From positions 822,570 to 886,569 of the forward strand of contig OZ242184.1 of assembly GCA_965205855.1 (NCBI GenBank): a DNA stretch of 64,000 bases. Reading direction: 5' to 3'. Each line of letters begins with the position of its first letter. Position 1 is the stretch's first letter. This document shows, piece by piece, positions 52,817 through 63,827 of this stretch. Source of the DNA: Thermodesulfobacteriota bacterium (GTDB taxonomy: Bacteria > Desulfobacterota_D > UBA1144 > Nemesobacterales > Mycalebacteriaceae). The translations under genes were made by a program, and so were the position numbers. The notes under the pieces are model-generated. The model made no database searches. It saw only the letters and a program-made list of their open reading frames with translations, and was not told the origin of the DNA.

Positions 52817-53759
52817 CAGCAAGGCGAACCGCGCTTTTTACCGCCTCCTGCATACTGCGCGGGTCGGCCATTCCCTGCCACGCTATATCAAATGCCGTCC
52901 CGTGGTCGGGAGAGGTTCTGACAATCGGAAGCCCGAGCGTTATGTTCACTCCGCTGTAAAAAGCGAGCATTTTGAACGGAACAAGCCCCTGGTCGTGATA
53001 CATCGCTATTACCGCGTCCCACTGTCCACCAACGGCATTATAAAAAACCGCGTCTGCGGAAACGGGCCCCGCGACATTAATACCCTTTGCGGACGCCCTT
53101 ATAACCGCCGGGGCAATTTCCTCCATATCTTCACTGCCGAACTCGCCGCCGTCTCCGGCATGAGGGTTAAGCCCGCAAACGGCAATCCGGGGAGAATCTA
53201 TGGCAAATTTGTCCGAAAGTTCGGACGCACATATCCGTATGGTGTTGAAGACCCTTTCCCCGGTTACAAGTGCCGGAACTTCGGCAAGCGCGCAGTGAAC
53301 CGTAACCAATGCGACCCTGAAATCGCCGCTTTCAAACATCATCACCACTTCGTCCGCTCCCGTCATATCCTTTAACATCTCGGTATGTCCAGAATACGGC
53401 GAGCCGGCAAGGGTTATCGCTTTTTTGTTAATCGGAGCGGTAACAACCGCGTCCGCAAAGCCAGAGGAGACATGCTCAACCGCTCTTTCTATTGAGGCAA
53501 GCGATTCGTGGCCGCAAATTTCGCTCACATCTCCGGGACTTAAATCATCAAACTTCAGACCACCGCAATCCACAAATTCAACATCGCTTTTGTTCGCACC
53601 GACAAGTTCGCATGCCTTTGAAAAAATCTCGCGGCCGCCGAAAACAACCGGTTCGCACAACCGCCTGGTTTGTTCGGATGAAACAACCTTCGCCACAATT
53701 TCAGGGCCTATCCCCGCAGGGTCTCCAAGCGTCAGTGCTATTTTCGGTTTTTTAGCCAT
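52788..53759 (-). CDS. pdxA: 4-hydroxythreonine-4-phosphate dehydrogenase
   Basis: N-terminus KIALTLGDPAGIGPEIVAK and HGTAFDIAWQG. Confidence 0.85.
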   Translation of the reverse strand: MAKKPKIALTLGDPAGIGPEIVAKVVSSEQTRRLCEPVVFGGREIFSKACELVGANKSDVEFVDCGGLKFDDLSPGDVSEICGHESLASIERAVEHVSSGFADAVVTAPINKKAITLAGSPYSGHTEMLKDMTGADEVVMMFESGDFRVALVTVHCALAEVPALVTGERVFNTIRICASELSDKFAIDSPRIAVCGLNPHAGDGGEFGSEDMEEIAPAVIRASAKGINVAGPVSADAVFYNAVGGQWDAVIAMYHDQGLVPFKMLAFYSGVNITLGLPIVRTSPDHGTAFDIAWQGMADPRSMQEAVKSAVRLAVREDRTAVL

Positions 53760-53778
53760 AAATTACAGCCGCGATTCT

Positions 53779-54543
53779 TCAGTTCATCCTTTCAAAAAGA
53801 TCCATACTGTTGAGAAAAAGACGTTCCTCCATTTCTTCGGGCGGTGTTTTTCTTATTTCAGTGAGCAGTTCAAAAACATGACGGACAAATCCCGGTTCAT
53901 TTTCTTTGCCTCTTTGCGGAACGGGAGCAAGGTAAGGGGAATCGGTCTCAATAAGAATTCTCTCGGACGGAATTTTCCGCGCGGCATCGCGAACTTCCGG
54001 CGCGTTTTTGAAGGTCATAATTCCCGAAAAAGAGATAAAAAAATCCATATCAATAAACTTTTTCGCCATTTCATAATTTCCCGAAAAACAATGGATAACC
54101 CCCGGCTTGTCGCGCTTTGTTGCGGCTTTGATAATTGCCTCAACATCGTCCCCGGAATCCCTGAGATGAACAATAAACGGCAGTCCAAGCCGTCCCGCAA
54201 TCTCTATGTGCGCCTCAAAGGACTTAATCTGAATATCGCGCGGAGATTTCATATAGTGGTAGTCAAGCCCTGTCTCCCCTATCGCGACAACCTTTTCCCG
54301 GGACGCGGCCGCAGAGATAAAATTGACCGATTCATCCTGAAACGTTGACGCCAAATGGGGATGTATTCCCACCGCGGCATAGACCGAATCAAACTGCCCG
54401 GCAAGCTCAAGGGTATCAAGGGAATTTTCATATCGCGTTGAAACGGAAACTATCCTTCCAATCCCCGCCTCCGTGGCCCTTTCCACCGCTCTGAAAACTT
54501 TGTCTCCGAGCATTTCCAAATGGGCGTGAGTGTCAACAAGCAA
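53779..54543 (-). CDS. tatD: TatD-family metal-dependent DNase/hydrolase
   Basis: N-terminus MLVDTHAHLEML, then ...GIHPH... and ...IETDSPYL... Confidence 0.85.
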   Translation of the reverse strand: MLVDTHAHLEMLGDKVFRAVERATEAGIGRIVSVSTRYENSLDTLELAGQFDSVYAAVGIHPHLASTFQDESVNFISAAASREKVVAIGETGLDYHYMKSPRDIQIKSFEAHIEIAGRLGLPFIVHLRDSGDDVEAIIKAATKRDKPGVIHCFSGNYEMAKKFIDMDFFISFSGIMTFKNAPEVRDAARKIPSERILIETDSPYLAPVPQRGKENEPGFVRHVFELLTEIRKTPPEEMEERLFLNSMDLFERMN

Positions 54544-54546
54544 AGG

Positions 54547-55020
54547 TCAGCGTTCTCCTTCGGGGGTTTTGTCGGGGTATTGTGCAACGTCCTCTACCTC
54601 TTTAAGAAACTGGCTCACATCGTCAAACGATTTGTAGACGGAAGCGAAACGCAGATACGCAACCTTGTCAAAAGAGCGTAGTTTTTCCATAATGTGTTCC
54701 CCGACCTCGTGCGCGGGTATTTCGCGCTCGCCTTTGCTTGCGAGTTCACCCTCTATTTTGAGCACGAAATTCTCAATTGCTTCGGCGGTTATTCCGCGTT
54801 TTTCACAGGCTTTTTTAACGCCGTCAAGGATTTTTTCCCTTCTAAAACTCTCTTTGCGCCCATCTTTTTTCAGAATGGAAATCCTAACCTCGGGACGCTC
54901 GTATGTAGTAAACCGCTTCTTGCACGCAGTGCACTCCCTCCTACGGCGTATGGAAGGTGTCTCATCGTTGCTACGAGAGTCTAAAACACTTGTGTCTCCC
55001 ATGCAGAAAACGCACTTCAA
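54547..55020 (-). CDS. nrdR: transcriptional repressor NrdR
   Basis: [16 protein letters not shown] zinc ribbon plus ATP-cone ([14 protein letters not shown]). Confidence 0.9.
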   Translation of the reverse strand: MKCVFCMGDTSVLDSRSNDETPSIRRRRECTACKKRFTTYERPEVRISILKKDGRKESFRREKILDGVKKACEKRGITAEAIENFVLKIEGELASKGEREIPAHEVGEHIMEKLRSFDKVAYLRFASVYKSFDDVSQFLKEVEDVAQYPDKTPEGER

Positions 55021-56264
55021 ATTTTCATACCCTCATAGACGGGAAATTTCAGGCACAAATCTTTAACCTCGGCGTTTATGGTGGCAAGTTTTTTTTCATC
55101 GCCGGGGTTTTCAATCGCCCTGCAAATAAAATCCGCGATTATATCCATTTCCGCCTCTTTCATCCCCCGCGTTGTAACTGCCGGCGTGCCGACCCTTATG
55201 CCGCTTGAAACCGCTGGTGGCAACTTGTCAAACGGAATGGAGTTTTTATTGACCGTAACTCCAGATTTTTCAAGGGTTTCTTCCGCTTCTTTGCCGGTTA
55301 TCCCCTTGCTTTCAAGGTTAACAAGAATCAGATGATTGTCTGTTCCGCCGGATAGCAGATTGAAACCGCGCCCGGAAAGCGCTTTCGCCATGGCGCGGGC
55401 ATTTTTCAAAGTCTGCTTCTGGTAATCCGCAAAACCGGGAGCGAGAGCTTCGGCAAACGCCACCGCTTTCGCGGCTATGACATGCATCAGAGGCCCTCCC
55501 TGAGTTCCGGGGAAAACTCTGCCGTTTAGCTTTTTTTCATGCTCGCTTTTCATTATCACCGCGCCGCCTCTGGGTCCGCGAAGAGTTTTGTGCGTTGTGG
55601 TGGTAACAAAGTCGCAATGAGGAACGGGATCGGGGTAGATTCCCGCCGCCACAAGCCCGGCGGGATGCGCTATGTCCGCCATAAGGACGGAGCCGGATTC
55701 ATCTGCTATTTCCCTGAAAATACCGAAGTCAATTGCTCGCGGATACGCGCTAAAACCGGCGATAATCAGTTTCGGTTTGTATTTGAGGGCGATGTCTCTC
55801 ACTTCATCGTAGTCTATGAGAAAGGTGTCGGGATCTACGCCGTATGGAACTGCATTATAGTAGCGCCCGGAAAAATTGACCGCACTGCCGTGCGTGAGGT
55901 GACCGCCGTGCGACAAATCCATTCCGAGAAAGGTGTCTCCGGGTTGAAGGCATGAAAAGAAAACCGCCATATTCGCCTGAGCACCGGAATGAGGCTGAAC
56001 ATTCGCGGCGTCTGCCCCAAAAAGGCGTTTCAGTCTGTCGCGCGCGATGTTTTCTGCCACGTCAACAAACTCGCACCCGCCGTAGTATCTCTTTCCCGGA
56101 AGCCCTTCCGCATATTTGTTTGTCATAACGCTTCCAAGCGCCTCAAGCACTGCCGGGCTGACATAGTTTTCAGACGCTATCAGCTCAATTTTAAGTTCCT
56201 GCCTCTCAAGTTCGCGCCGTATGGAATCTGCTATTTCAGGGTCTGTTTGTTGAAGAATTGACAA
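55017..56264 (-). CDS. glyA: serine hydroxymethyltransferase
   Basis: Translation [27 protein letters not shown] and [14 protein letters not shown] (PLP lysine). Confidence 0.95.
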   Translation of the reverse strand: MSILQQTDPEIADSIRRELERQELKIELIASENYVSPAVLEALGSVMTNKYAEGLPGKRYYGGCEFVDVAENIARDRLKRLFGADAANVQPHSGAQANMAVFFSCLQPGDTFLGMDLSHGGHLTHGSAVNFSGRYYNAVPYGVDPDTFLIDYDEVRDIALKYKPKLIIAGFSAYPRAIDFGIFREIADESGSVLMADIAHPAGLVAAGIYPDPVPHCDFVTTTTHKTLRGPRGGAVIMKSEHEKKLNGRVFPGTQGGPLMHVIAAKAVAFAEALAPGFADYQKQTLKNARAMAKALSGRGFNLLSGGTDNHLILVNLESKGITGKEAEETLEKSGVTVNKNSIPFDKLPPAVSSGIRVGTPAVTTRGMKEAEMDIIADFICRAIENPGDEKKLATINAEVKDLCLKFPVYEGMKI

Positions 56265-56362
56265 TTTTCATCCTGCGGTTTTTGACAACGCTAACAAAGT
56301 TAAAAGGCTTTGGCAAACCCGCTTTTTGCAACACGGCAAATTGAAATCTATAGTTGTTAAAT

Positions 56363-59137
56363 ATGGAACAAGCCTCAAAACGACCAATACAGATAAAAGG
56401 CGCGCGGGAAAACAATCTCAAAAATATAAATGTTGAAATTCCCGCAAACAGTTTCACAGTCGTAACCGGTCTCAGCGGTTCGGGGAAATCATCCTTCGCG
56501 GTGGACACCGTTCACGCCGAAAGCATGAGAAAATACATCCAGTGCCTATCCACATACACAAGGCAGTTTCTTGACAGGTTCCGGCGTCCCGATGTTGATT
56601 CTATCGAGAATCTGCCGCCGTCAATATCAATAGAGAACAGAAACCGGGTTCAAAACAACCGCTCCACGCTCGGCACAACAACCGAGATTGACAGCTACTT
56701 GCGCCTTTTGTTCGCAAATGCCGGGAAAATTTTCTGCCCTCGATGCAAATTCCAAGTCGCCGACCATAACCCACAGTCAATCGCGCAAACCCTTGTCAGT
56801 TCGGGAGACGGAGAAAATGTTTTAATACTTTTTCCGGCGGCTGAAGATGAAACCGCGCAAAGGCTTTTGAAAAAAGGATATTCAAGGGTCTTTGCCGAAA
56901 AAGACGGAGTAAGGGGAATTGACGAAAACGCCGGACTGTCTTCCGGTTGTGAGGTTGTTGTTGACAGAATCAGAATCGGAAGAAAATCGCTTCCGCGAAC
57001 GGTTGAGTCTCTCGAGACCGCTTTCAGTGAAAACGAGACCATCACCGTTCGTTTTGAAAAAAGAAAACCTCTGTTTTTCAAAAAAGGGCTTGTATGCCAC
57101 AAATGCGGCGATATTTTTTCAAAGCCGTATCCGGCAATGTTTTCATTCAACAGTCCTCACGGAGCGTGCGAAAAATGCAACGGGTTTGGAAACAAACTTG
57201 AGATAGACCGCTCTCTTGTCATTCCGGACGATTCAAAAAGCATTCGCGGCGGAGCGGTTGAGCCGTTCTCCCGCCCGTCCTTCAGGTTCGCGCAGAGAAA
57301 ACTTGTTGAACTCGCGGAAAAAAACTCAATAGATCCCGACGCCCCTTTTTCCAACCTCATGCGGAAAGAGCGGGATTTTATATTTTCCGGAGACGGCTCG
57401 GTTGGTATTGCGTCGGGCGGAATTATGGGTTTTTTTAAAAAAATTGAGAAAAAAATCTACAAGGTGCAGGTAAGGGTTTTTCTCTCACGTTACCGCTCGG
57501 CCGTGAAATGCGGGGCGTGCGGCGGAAGCAGAATCCGCCCCGAGGCGCTCGCGGTAAAAATAGACGGCCACGACATAAACCAAGTGTCGGAAATGACGGT
57601 CGGAGACATTGCGGATTTTTTCTCCGAAAAATCGCTCGAAAAAACCCTGTCCAAAAACGAAACCCTCCTCGCGAAAGATATTTTGAAGGAAATTCGGGAG
57701 CGTATTCTGTTTCTCAACGACGTGGGTCTTGAATACCTGACCCTTTCCCGTCTTACACGCACGCTTTCGGGCGGAGAGGCACAAAGGGCAAGCCTTGCCT
57801 GCCAACTTGGCTCCGGACTGACGGAAACCCTCTATATTCTTGATGAACCGTCGGTGGGTCTCCATCCTCAGGACACACACAACATGGTCTCCACAATCAA
57901 ACACATACGGGAAAAGGGAAACACCATTGTGGTTGTGGAGCACGACCTGGACATAGTAAAAGAGTCCGACTACATAGTTGAACTGGGCAGAGAGACGGGA
58001 GAAAACGGCGGAGAAGTTGTCTATCAGGGGCCTGCAGGAAACCTTGCTTCGTCCGCCCCGGAGTCTTACACGGGTCTTTACTTATCCGGAGAAAAATCCG
58101 TTTGCGTTCCCAACCGTGGCGTGGAAAAATCCAAAGGCGCGTTAACCGTGCTTGGAGCGGCCGAGAACAATCTCAGAAACATTGATGCTTCAATACCTCT
58201 TGGAACACTTGTCTGCGTAACCGGGGTTTCGGGTTCGGGCAAAAGCTCTCTCATTAAAAATGTTTTGTACAACCGCCTCGCAAACAAACTCTGCGGACAG
58301 TCTTACGCCGAGGGCAAATGCCGCTCAATCAGGGGAACGGAAAACATAAGCGATATTGTGATGCTTGACCAGTCGCCAATCGGAAAAAATTCGCGTTCAA
58401 ATCCCGCGACTTATGTAAAGGCGTATGACGCCATACGCAAAATCATGGCTTCTTCCGAAGAAGCGAAGCGGGCCGGTATCACCGCGTCTCATTTTTCTTT
58501 CAACACCTCAAAGGGCAGATGCGAAGTTTGCGAAGGCGAGGGAACTCAGAAAATAGAAATGCTTTTTCTCGCCGATGTTTCGGTTGTATGCCCCGAATGT
58601 GAAGGAAAAAGATTCAAAAAAACCATTCTGGAAACACGATTGAAGAACAAAAGCATAGACGACATTTTAAATATGACTGCAAGGGAAGCGGCGGAATTTT
58701 TCCCCGAATCTCAGGCTCTTTTTAAAAAACTTAAAAGCCTGATTGATGTGGGTCTGGGTTATTTAAGGCTTGGACAGCCCGCGACAACACTTTCAGGCGG
58801 AGAGGCACAAAGAATGAAAATAGTCCGTGAACTTTCAAGAAAAGACGGACGGAATATTCTCTATATCCTTGACGAGCCATCCATCGGATTGCATATGGAG
58901 GATGTGAGAAAATTACTCGCTATGCTTGAAAAATTGGTTGCCGGCGGAAACTCGGTTCTTGTAATTGAACACAATCCCGAAATTATCAAAACAGCCGCGC
59001 ACATAATAGACCTCGGACCCGGAGGAGGAAAGCGCGGAGGAAAAATCGTAGCGGAGGGAACTCCCGAAGAGATAGTTAAAAACCGGAAATCCGCGACCGG
59101 CAGGTTTCTGAAGCCGCTTTTGAAAAAGAAAAAATGA
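56363..59137 (+). CDS. uvrA: excinuclease ABC subunit A
   Basis: Two ABC ATPase modules (GLSGSGKSS and GVSGSGKSS; [12 protein letters not shown] and [12 protein letters not shown]) and zinc-finger CxxC pairs. The ATG at 56363 is preferred over the TTG at 56354. Confidence 0.93.
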   Translation: MEQASKRPIQIKGARENNLKNINVEIPANSFTVVTGLSGSGKSSFAVDTVHAESMRKYIQCLSTYTRQFLDRFRRPDVDSIENLPPSISIENRNRVQNNRSTLGTTTEIDSYLRLLFANAGKIFCPRCKFQVADHNPQSIAQTLVSSGDGENVLILFPAAEDETAQRLLKKGYSRVFAEKDGVRGIDENAGLSSGCEVVVDRIRIGRKSLPRTVESLETAFSENETITVRFEKRKPLFFKKGLVCHKCGDIFSKPYPAMFSFNSPHGACEKCNGFGNKLEIDRSLVIPDDSKSIRGGAVEPFSRPSFRFAQRKLVELAEKNSIDPDAPFSNLMRKERDFIFSGDGSVGIASGGIMGFFKKIEKKIYKVQVRVFLSRYRSAVKCGACGGSRIRPEALAVKIDGHDINQVSEMTVGDIADFFSEKSLEKTLSKNETLLAKDILKEIRERILFLNDVGLEYLTLSRLTRTLSGGEAQRASLACQLGSGLTETLYILDEPSVGLHPQDTHNMVSTIKHIREKGNTIVVVEHDLDIVKESDYIVELGRETGENGGEVVYQGPAGNLASSAPESYTGLYLSGEKSVCVPNRGVEKSKGALTVLGAAENNLRNIDASIPLGTLVCVTGVSGSGKSSLIKNVLYNRLANKLCGQSYAEGKCRSIRGTENISDIVMLDQSPIGKNSRSNPATYVKAYDAIRKIMASSEEAKRAGITASHFSFNTSKGRCEVCEGEGTQKIEMLFLADVSVVCPECEGKRFKKTILETRLKNKSIDDILNMTAREAAEFFPESQALFKKLKSLIDVGLGYLRLGQPATTLSGGEAQRMKIVRELSRKDGRNILYILDEPSIGLHMEDVRKLLAMLEKLVAGGNSVLVIEHNPEIIKTAAHIIDLGPGGGKRGGKIVAEGTPEEIVKNRKSATGRFLKPLLKKKK

Positions 59138-59970
59138 GAAAATACCTTTCGTTCGTCAAATTTGAGCACACGCTTTTTTCTCTTCCAATCGTAATTGCGG
59201 GGGCTATGCTTGCCTCCGGCGGCATTCCCGACGGGCGGACGATTTTGCTTATTCTCTGCGCCACGATGGGAGCAAGAACCGCGGCGATGGCTTTTAACAG
59301 AATTATTGACGCTGAAATTGACGCCGCGAACCCGCGAACAAAAAACAGAGAGATTCCGTCCGGAATTATAAGCCGCTTTGAAGCTCGTTTGGTTCTTGTT
59401 TCCGGCCTTGCGGTTTATTTTGTTTCCGCATGGCTGATATGCCCTCTTGTGTTTTACCTGTCGCCGTTTCCGGCGGTCGTTTTTGCACTCTATCCTTATA
59501 TGAAAAGGCGGACGTCTCTCTGTCACTTCGGGGTCGGACTCGTGCTCTCTTTCGCCCCTGCGGGCGGGTGGCTTGCCGTGAGGTGCTCGTTGAACGATTT
59601 TTTTATCCCCCTGATGCTGAGCATATTCACATTTTTCTGGGTCACGGGATTTGACATTATCTACTCGGTTGAGGATAAAGATTTTGACAGAGAAAACGGC
59701 TTGCATTCCCTTCCCGCTCTGCTTGGCGCGAAAACGGCGCTTTTGGTTTCGGCGGTGTCCCATACCGTCTGTGTTGTTCCTCTGATTGTTCTTCAATTCG
59801 TAGAATTCGACGGAAAGGTTTTTTCACTCACCGCGCTTGCGGTTCTTTACGCCATTTTCCTGTTCGTGCAAGTTAAATCTTCCGAAACCGAACTAGCTTT
59901 TTTCAAACTGAACACGGTCGCAGGAGCCTTTGTTTTAGTTTTCATTCTTTGCGGGATATACTTGCCATGA
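59134..59970 (+). CDS. UbiA-family prenyltransferase (MqnP-like, futalosine-pathway menaquinone polyprenyltransferase candidate)
   Basis: Motifs NRIIDAEIDAANPRTKNREIPSG and YSVEDKDFD (UbiA Asp-rich motifs), with 8-9 TM helices. The start overlaps the uvrA stop. Confidence 0.75.
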   Translation: MRKYLSFVKFEHTLFSLPIVIAGAMLASGGIPDGRTILLILCATMGARTAAMAFNRIIDAEIDAANPRTKNREIPSGIISRFEARLVLVSGLAVYFVSAWLICPLVFYLSPFPAVVFALYPYMKRRTSLCHFGVGLVLSFAPAGGWLAVRCSLNDFFIPLMLSIFTFFWVTGFDIIYSVEDKDFDRENGLHSLPALLGAKTALLVSAVSHTVCVVPLIVLQFVEFDGKVFSLTALAVLYAIFLFVQVKSSETELAFFKLNTVAGAFVLVFILCGIYLP

Positions 59971-59981
59971 GGGACTGAAAG

Positions 59982-60533
59982 TTGAGAACAATAGTGGGAA
60001 TAACGGGCGCGTCCGGTGCGGTTTACGGAGTTGATTTCCTCAGACGCTGCGAAGGCGACAGATACCTTGTCGCAAGTAAATGGGGAAGAGCGGTTTTGAA
60101 TGAAGAAATGGGAGTCAATGTCGAGGAGCTTGGCCAGTGGGCGAAAAAAACCTTCAGTGACTCCGACCTCGCATCACCATTTTCTTCGGGGAGCAACCAT
60201 TTTGACTCAATGGTGATTGTCCCGTGTTCGGTTTCCACGCTCGCGAAAATAGCTAACGGCATTGCCGACACACTTATAACAAGAATCGCCCAGGTCGCAC
60301 TCAAGGAAAAAAGAAAACTTGTAGTCGCCATCAGAGAAACGCCGCTCAGCACAGTCGCGCTTGAAAACGCCGCCAAACTTTCGGGATACGGGGCGATAAT
60401 CATGCCCATAAGCCCTCCGCACTACTCCGGCGCACGTACCGCCTCCGAACTTGTAGGCGGGTTTGTGGATAAACTTCTCTCCGTCTCATCGGGAACAGAA
60501 ATTGACGGCTGGCGGAGCGGAGACCTCGGTTGA
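59982..60533 (+). CDS. ubiX: UbiX-family flavin prenyltransferase (MqnL-like)
   Basis: Translation IVGITGASGAVYGVDFLR... and ...MVIVPCSVSTLAKIANGIADTLI... Confidence 0.85.
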   Translation: MRTIVGITGASGAVYGVDFLRRCEGDRYLVASKWGRAVLNEEMGVNVEELGQWAKKTFSDSDLASPFSSGSNHFDSMVIVPCSVSTLAKIANGIADTLITRIAQVALKEKRKLVVAIRETPLSTVALENAAKLSGYGAIIMPISPPHYSGARTASELVGGFVDKLLSVSSGTEIDGWRSGDLG

Positions 60534-62296
60534 GCGGAACCTTTCGCAACTTGCGCGAATACATCACTCATCTTGAGAAAAAAGGCGACCTCCGACGTGT
60601 AAAAACTCCGGTCAATCCGGAACTTGAAATTACCGAAATCGCCTCGCGTGAGATGAAACTCGGCGGGCCCGCGCTTCTGTTTGAAAATGTTGAAGGTTGT
60701 GCGTTTCCTCTTGCGATAAACCTGTTCGCTTCCGAAGAAAGAATCAAAACCGCGCTCGGAGGCAACCCGCGCGATGTGGGCGAGGAGCTTGTGGAAATTT
60801 TTGAAAAAGTTAACCCGCCAACTGTGCGCGGGGTGGCATCCGCGCTGCCCGCAATGACTCGTATGCTCTCAATGAGAACGACCAACTCATGGACGGGCGC
60901 ACGCGCACAGAAAAATGAAACCACGCCCAACCTTGAAACACTTCCCGCAATCAAATGCTGGCCAAAAGACGGTGGAAGGTTCATAACCTTCGGTCTTGTT
61001 ATAACCCACAGCCCGATTTCTAATTCAAGAAACATGGGGCTTTACCGTCTTCAAATCTACGATTCCAAAACCACCGGAATGCACTGGCATCCGCACAAGG
61101 GCGGCGCGGCGCATTACAACGAGGCGGAAAAACTCGGGTGCGACCTTGAAGCGGCGGTTGTTATCGGCGGCGACCCCGCCCTGATATTCAGCGCCATCGC
61201 ACCTTTGCCGGATGGAGTTGATGAGGTTGCTTTTTCGGGATACCTGCGCCGCCGTGCGGTCTCAATGGCGAAGGGGAAAACCATCTCCGCAAAAGTTCCC
61301 GCGGAGGCGGAAATAATTATTGAGGGAATTGTCCCGAAAAACATACGGCGGACAGAGGGGCCGTTTGGAGACCATTTCGGGCATTATTCAATGCAGGCGG
61401 ATTTTCCCGTTTTTCAGGCAAAACATATGACCTTTGCGGACGATGCAATTTTCCCCGCGACTGTTGTGGGGAAACCCCCACAGGAGGATATGTATCTCGG
61501 AGTCGCCGCGGGCGAGATGTTTTCACCGCTTATCAGAATTATCCACCCGGAGATCAAGGATATGTGGGCTTGTCCGGAAGCCGGATTTCACAACCTTCTT
61601 TTTGTTTCCGTAGACGAGAGGTATCCGAAAAACGCCGTTAAATCCATGCTTGCCCTCTGGGGCACGGGACAGCTTGTGCTGACAAAATGCATTGTAACGG
61701 TATCGGGCAAGGTTAATTTACGGGATTTCTCCGCCATCCTTGGAGAAATCGGAAAAAATTTCAATCCGAAAGATGATTTTCTGCTGATTCCGTCCGCCCC
61801 GCTTGATACTCTTGATTTCACAAGTGGAAATTTCCATGTGGGAAGCAAAATGGGAATCAACGCCGTGAAAAAACCCGGCAGACCGCAGATAAAATACTGC
61901 TCTTCGGTTCCCGACCCAAGAGGAAAGCATCCGGAAATAAAAGATTACCGTCTGCTCGCGGGAGGTTTCTTTGTCGCAAGCGTTGACGGAAACCCGAAAG
62001 GGTTAATAAGGCGCGTATTTGAAACGCCGGGTTTTGAGGAAATCAGAATAGCCGTTCTTGTGAGCCCCGACATAGACATACACGATGACACCGAACTGAT
62101 ATGGGGAATTTTCACGCGCTTTGACCCGCGCCTTGACATTGAGTTCGAACGGATGAGTAATCTCGGTTCCGACACCGTGCGCGAGGGGCGCATGGGAATA
62201 GACGCCACAAAAAAGGAGTGGTATCCTGAAGTTACCGAAATGTCACCCGAAATTAAGGCGGAAGTATCTGAAAAGTGGAACAGTTACCGGAGCTAA
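60530..62296 (+). CDS. ubiD: UbiD-family decarboxylase (MqnM-like)
   Basis: 588 aa with GGPALLFENVEG and the UbiD-like motif IGGDPALIFSA. The start overlaps the ubiX stop. Confidence 0.8.
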   Translation: MSGTFRNLREYITHLEKKGDLRRVKTPVNPELEITEIASREMKLGGPALLFENVEGCAFPLAINLFASEERIKTALGGNPRDVGEELVEIFEKVNPPTVRGVASALPAMTRMLSMRTTNSWTGARAQKNETTPNLETLPAIKCWPKDGGRFITFGLVITHSPISNSRNMGLYRLQIYDSKTTGMHWHPHKGGAAHYNEAEKLGCDLEAAVVIGGDPALIFSAIAPLPDGVDEVAFSGYLRRRAVSMAKGKTISAKVPAEAEIIIEGIVPKNIRRTEGPFGDHFGHYSMQADFPVFQAKHMTFADDAIFPATVVGKPPQEDMYLGVAAGEMFSPLIRIIHPEIKDMWACPEAGFHNLLFVSVDERYPKNAVKSMLALWGTGQLVLTKCIVTVSGKVNLRDFSAILGEIGKNFNPKDDFLLIPSAPLDTLDFTSGNFHVGSKMGINAVKKPGRPQIKYCSSVPDPRGKHPEIKDYRLLAGGFFVASVDGNPKGLIRRVFETPGFEEIRIAVLVSPDIDIHDDTELIWGIFTRFDPRLDIEFERMSNLGSDTVREGRMGIDATKKEWYPEVTEMSPEIKAEVSEKWNSYRS

Positions 62297-63381
62297 TAGA
62301 AAAACTTTGCGTTGACAAGTCCCTGCTTCCCATACTCAACAAAGTGGAAAACGGAGAGCGTCTTTCCTTTGACGACGGAATACGCCTTCTTGAAACAGAT
62401 GACTTGCACACCGTAGGTATGATGGCGGATTTTGAAAAGCGTAGAAGAAGCGGCGACAAGGTGTATTTTGTTGTCAACCGACACATAAACCCGTCAAATA
62501 TCTGCGCCATTTCCTGCAAGTTCTGCGCTTTTGGAAAAACAAAAAAATCGGCAGACGCGTATGAAATGTCCATATCGCAAATCCTGGACGTAATGAATGA
62601 AGACCTGCGCGAGGTTCATATTGTGGGCGGGCTCCATCCCGATTGGGAATTCGGTCATTATCTTGACATAGTGAAAGCGGTAAAAGACGCTCAACCGGCC
62701 TGTCATATCAAAGCATTCACAGCGGTTGAGATTGACTGGTTTGCCGAAATCAGCGGCAAATCGCTTGAGCGTGTACTTGAAGATTTAACGGACGCGGGAG
62801 TAAACGCGCTAACGGGAGGAGGAGCGGAAATTCTTCATCCTGAAATCAGAAAAAAAATATGCGCCCCGAAAACAGTTGCGACACGCTGGGAGGAGATTCA
62901 TAAACTCGCCCACAATATGAACATTCCGACAAACGCCACGATTCTCTACGGTCATCTGGAAAAGCCGTTTCATGTGATAGATCATTTTGAGCGTTTGAGA
63001 AACCTTGAAGACGAAGCGCCGGGATTTTTTGCGTTCATTCCCGTTCTGTTTCAGACGGAAAACACGGGGTTGAGCAATATTGAGCCCTTCCCCGCTTCAT
63101 ACGATATGAAAATACACGCCGCCGCTCGCCTTTTTCTTGACAACATTCCGCACATAAAAGCGTATTGGATAACGCTCGGCGAGAAAGCCGCGCAAGTGGC
63201 GCTTCACTACGGCGCAAGTGATGCGGACGGAACGATAATGCGGGAAAGAATTATTCACGACGCGGGCGCGCCCTCGGAACGCGGACACAGCAGGGATTTT
63301 ATGGTGAATATGATTAAGGGTGCAGGCTATGTGCCGGTTGAAAGGGATGCACTTTATAATGAGTTGAGGGTATGGAAATAA
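62275..63381 (+). CDS. MqnC/MqnE-family radical SAM enzyme (futalosine pathway)
   Basis: CxxxCxxC cluster motif CAISCKFCAFG and the shared MqnC/MqnE fold motifs (HIVGGLHPDW, ILYGHLE). The two paralogues cannot be distinguished by eye. Confidence 0.75.
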   Translation: MEQLPELIEKLCVDKSLLPILNKVENGERLSFDDGIRLLETDDLHTVGMMADFEKRRRSGDKVYFVVNRHINPSNICAISCKFCAFGKTKKSADAYEMSISQILDVMNEDLREVHIVGGLHPDWEFGHYLDIVKAVKDAQPACHIKAFTAVEIDWFAEISGKSLERVLEDLTDAGVNALTGGGAEILHPEIRKKICAPKTVATRWEEIHKLAHNMNIPTNATILYGHLEKPFHVIDHFERLRNLEDEAPGFFAFIPVLFQTENTGLSNIEPFPASYDMKIHAAARLFLDNIPHIKAYWITLGEKAAQVALHYGASDADGTIMRERIIHDAGAPSERGHSRDFMVNMIKGAGYVPVERDALYNELRVWK

Positions 63382-63538
63382 GGAGGAAAAATTGGAAACA
63401 TTCCTCTCGTGGAACAAAGATTGTTAAAGCACTTGATTATAAAGATAACAAAAACTGTTACATCAGTATGTGTCAGAAGACCATTGGGTAAAGGCAACTA
63501 AACAGCTTTAAAAAGCAGGAGAACAATGGGATTGGCAA

Positions 63539-63817
63539 TTGTTCAGTGAAGAAATTTCAAAACTCTTTTTAGACTTGTTGGCAGTTGGAGCTACTATCAC
63601 ATTCTTTATTTGGGCTAAAACTCGTTCCAACTTATCGTTTTGGGAATATGGCAGGTGGGTAAATACAGTCACAAGTTATATTGGTCAAAGTCTAATTTTC
63701 AGACTTATTCAATCACTGGTTTTTAAAGTTGCTGTAAGATTTGACTTATATGCAGTAACCTTGAGTAAACTTCAGGACGGAGAATATTCTTTCACAACTC
63801 TCTCATTAGAAGATTAA
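63539..63817 (+). CDS. small hypothetical ORF in an AT-rich patch (possibly spurious)
   Basis: 92-aa ORF with no recognisable motifs. The surrounding 450 bp has much lower GC than neighbouring genes. Confidence 0.2.
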   Translation: MFSEEISKLFLDLLAVGATITFFIWAKTRSNLSFWEYGRWVNTVTSYIGQSLIFRLIQSLVFKVAVRFDLYAVTLSKLQDGEYSFTTLSLED

Positions 63818-63827
63818 AAAAAACAAC

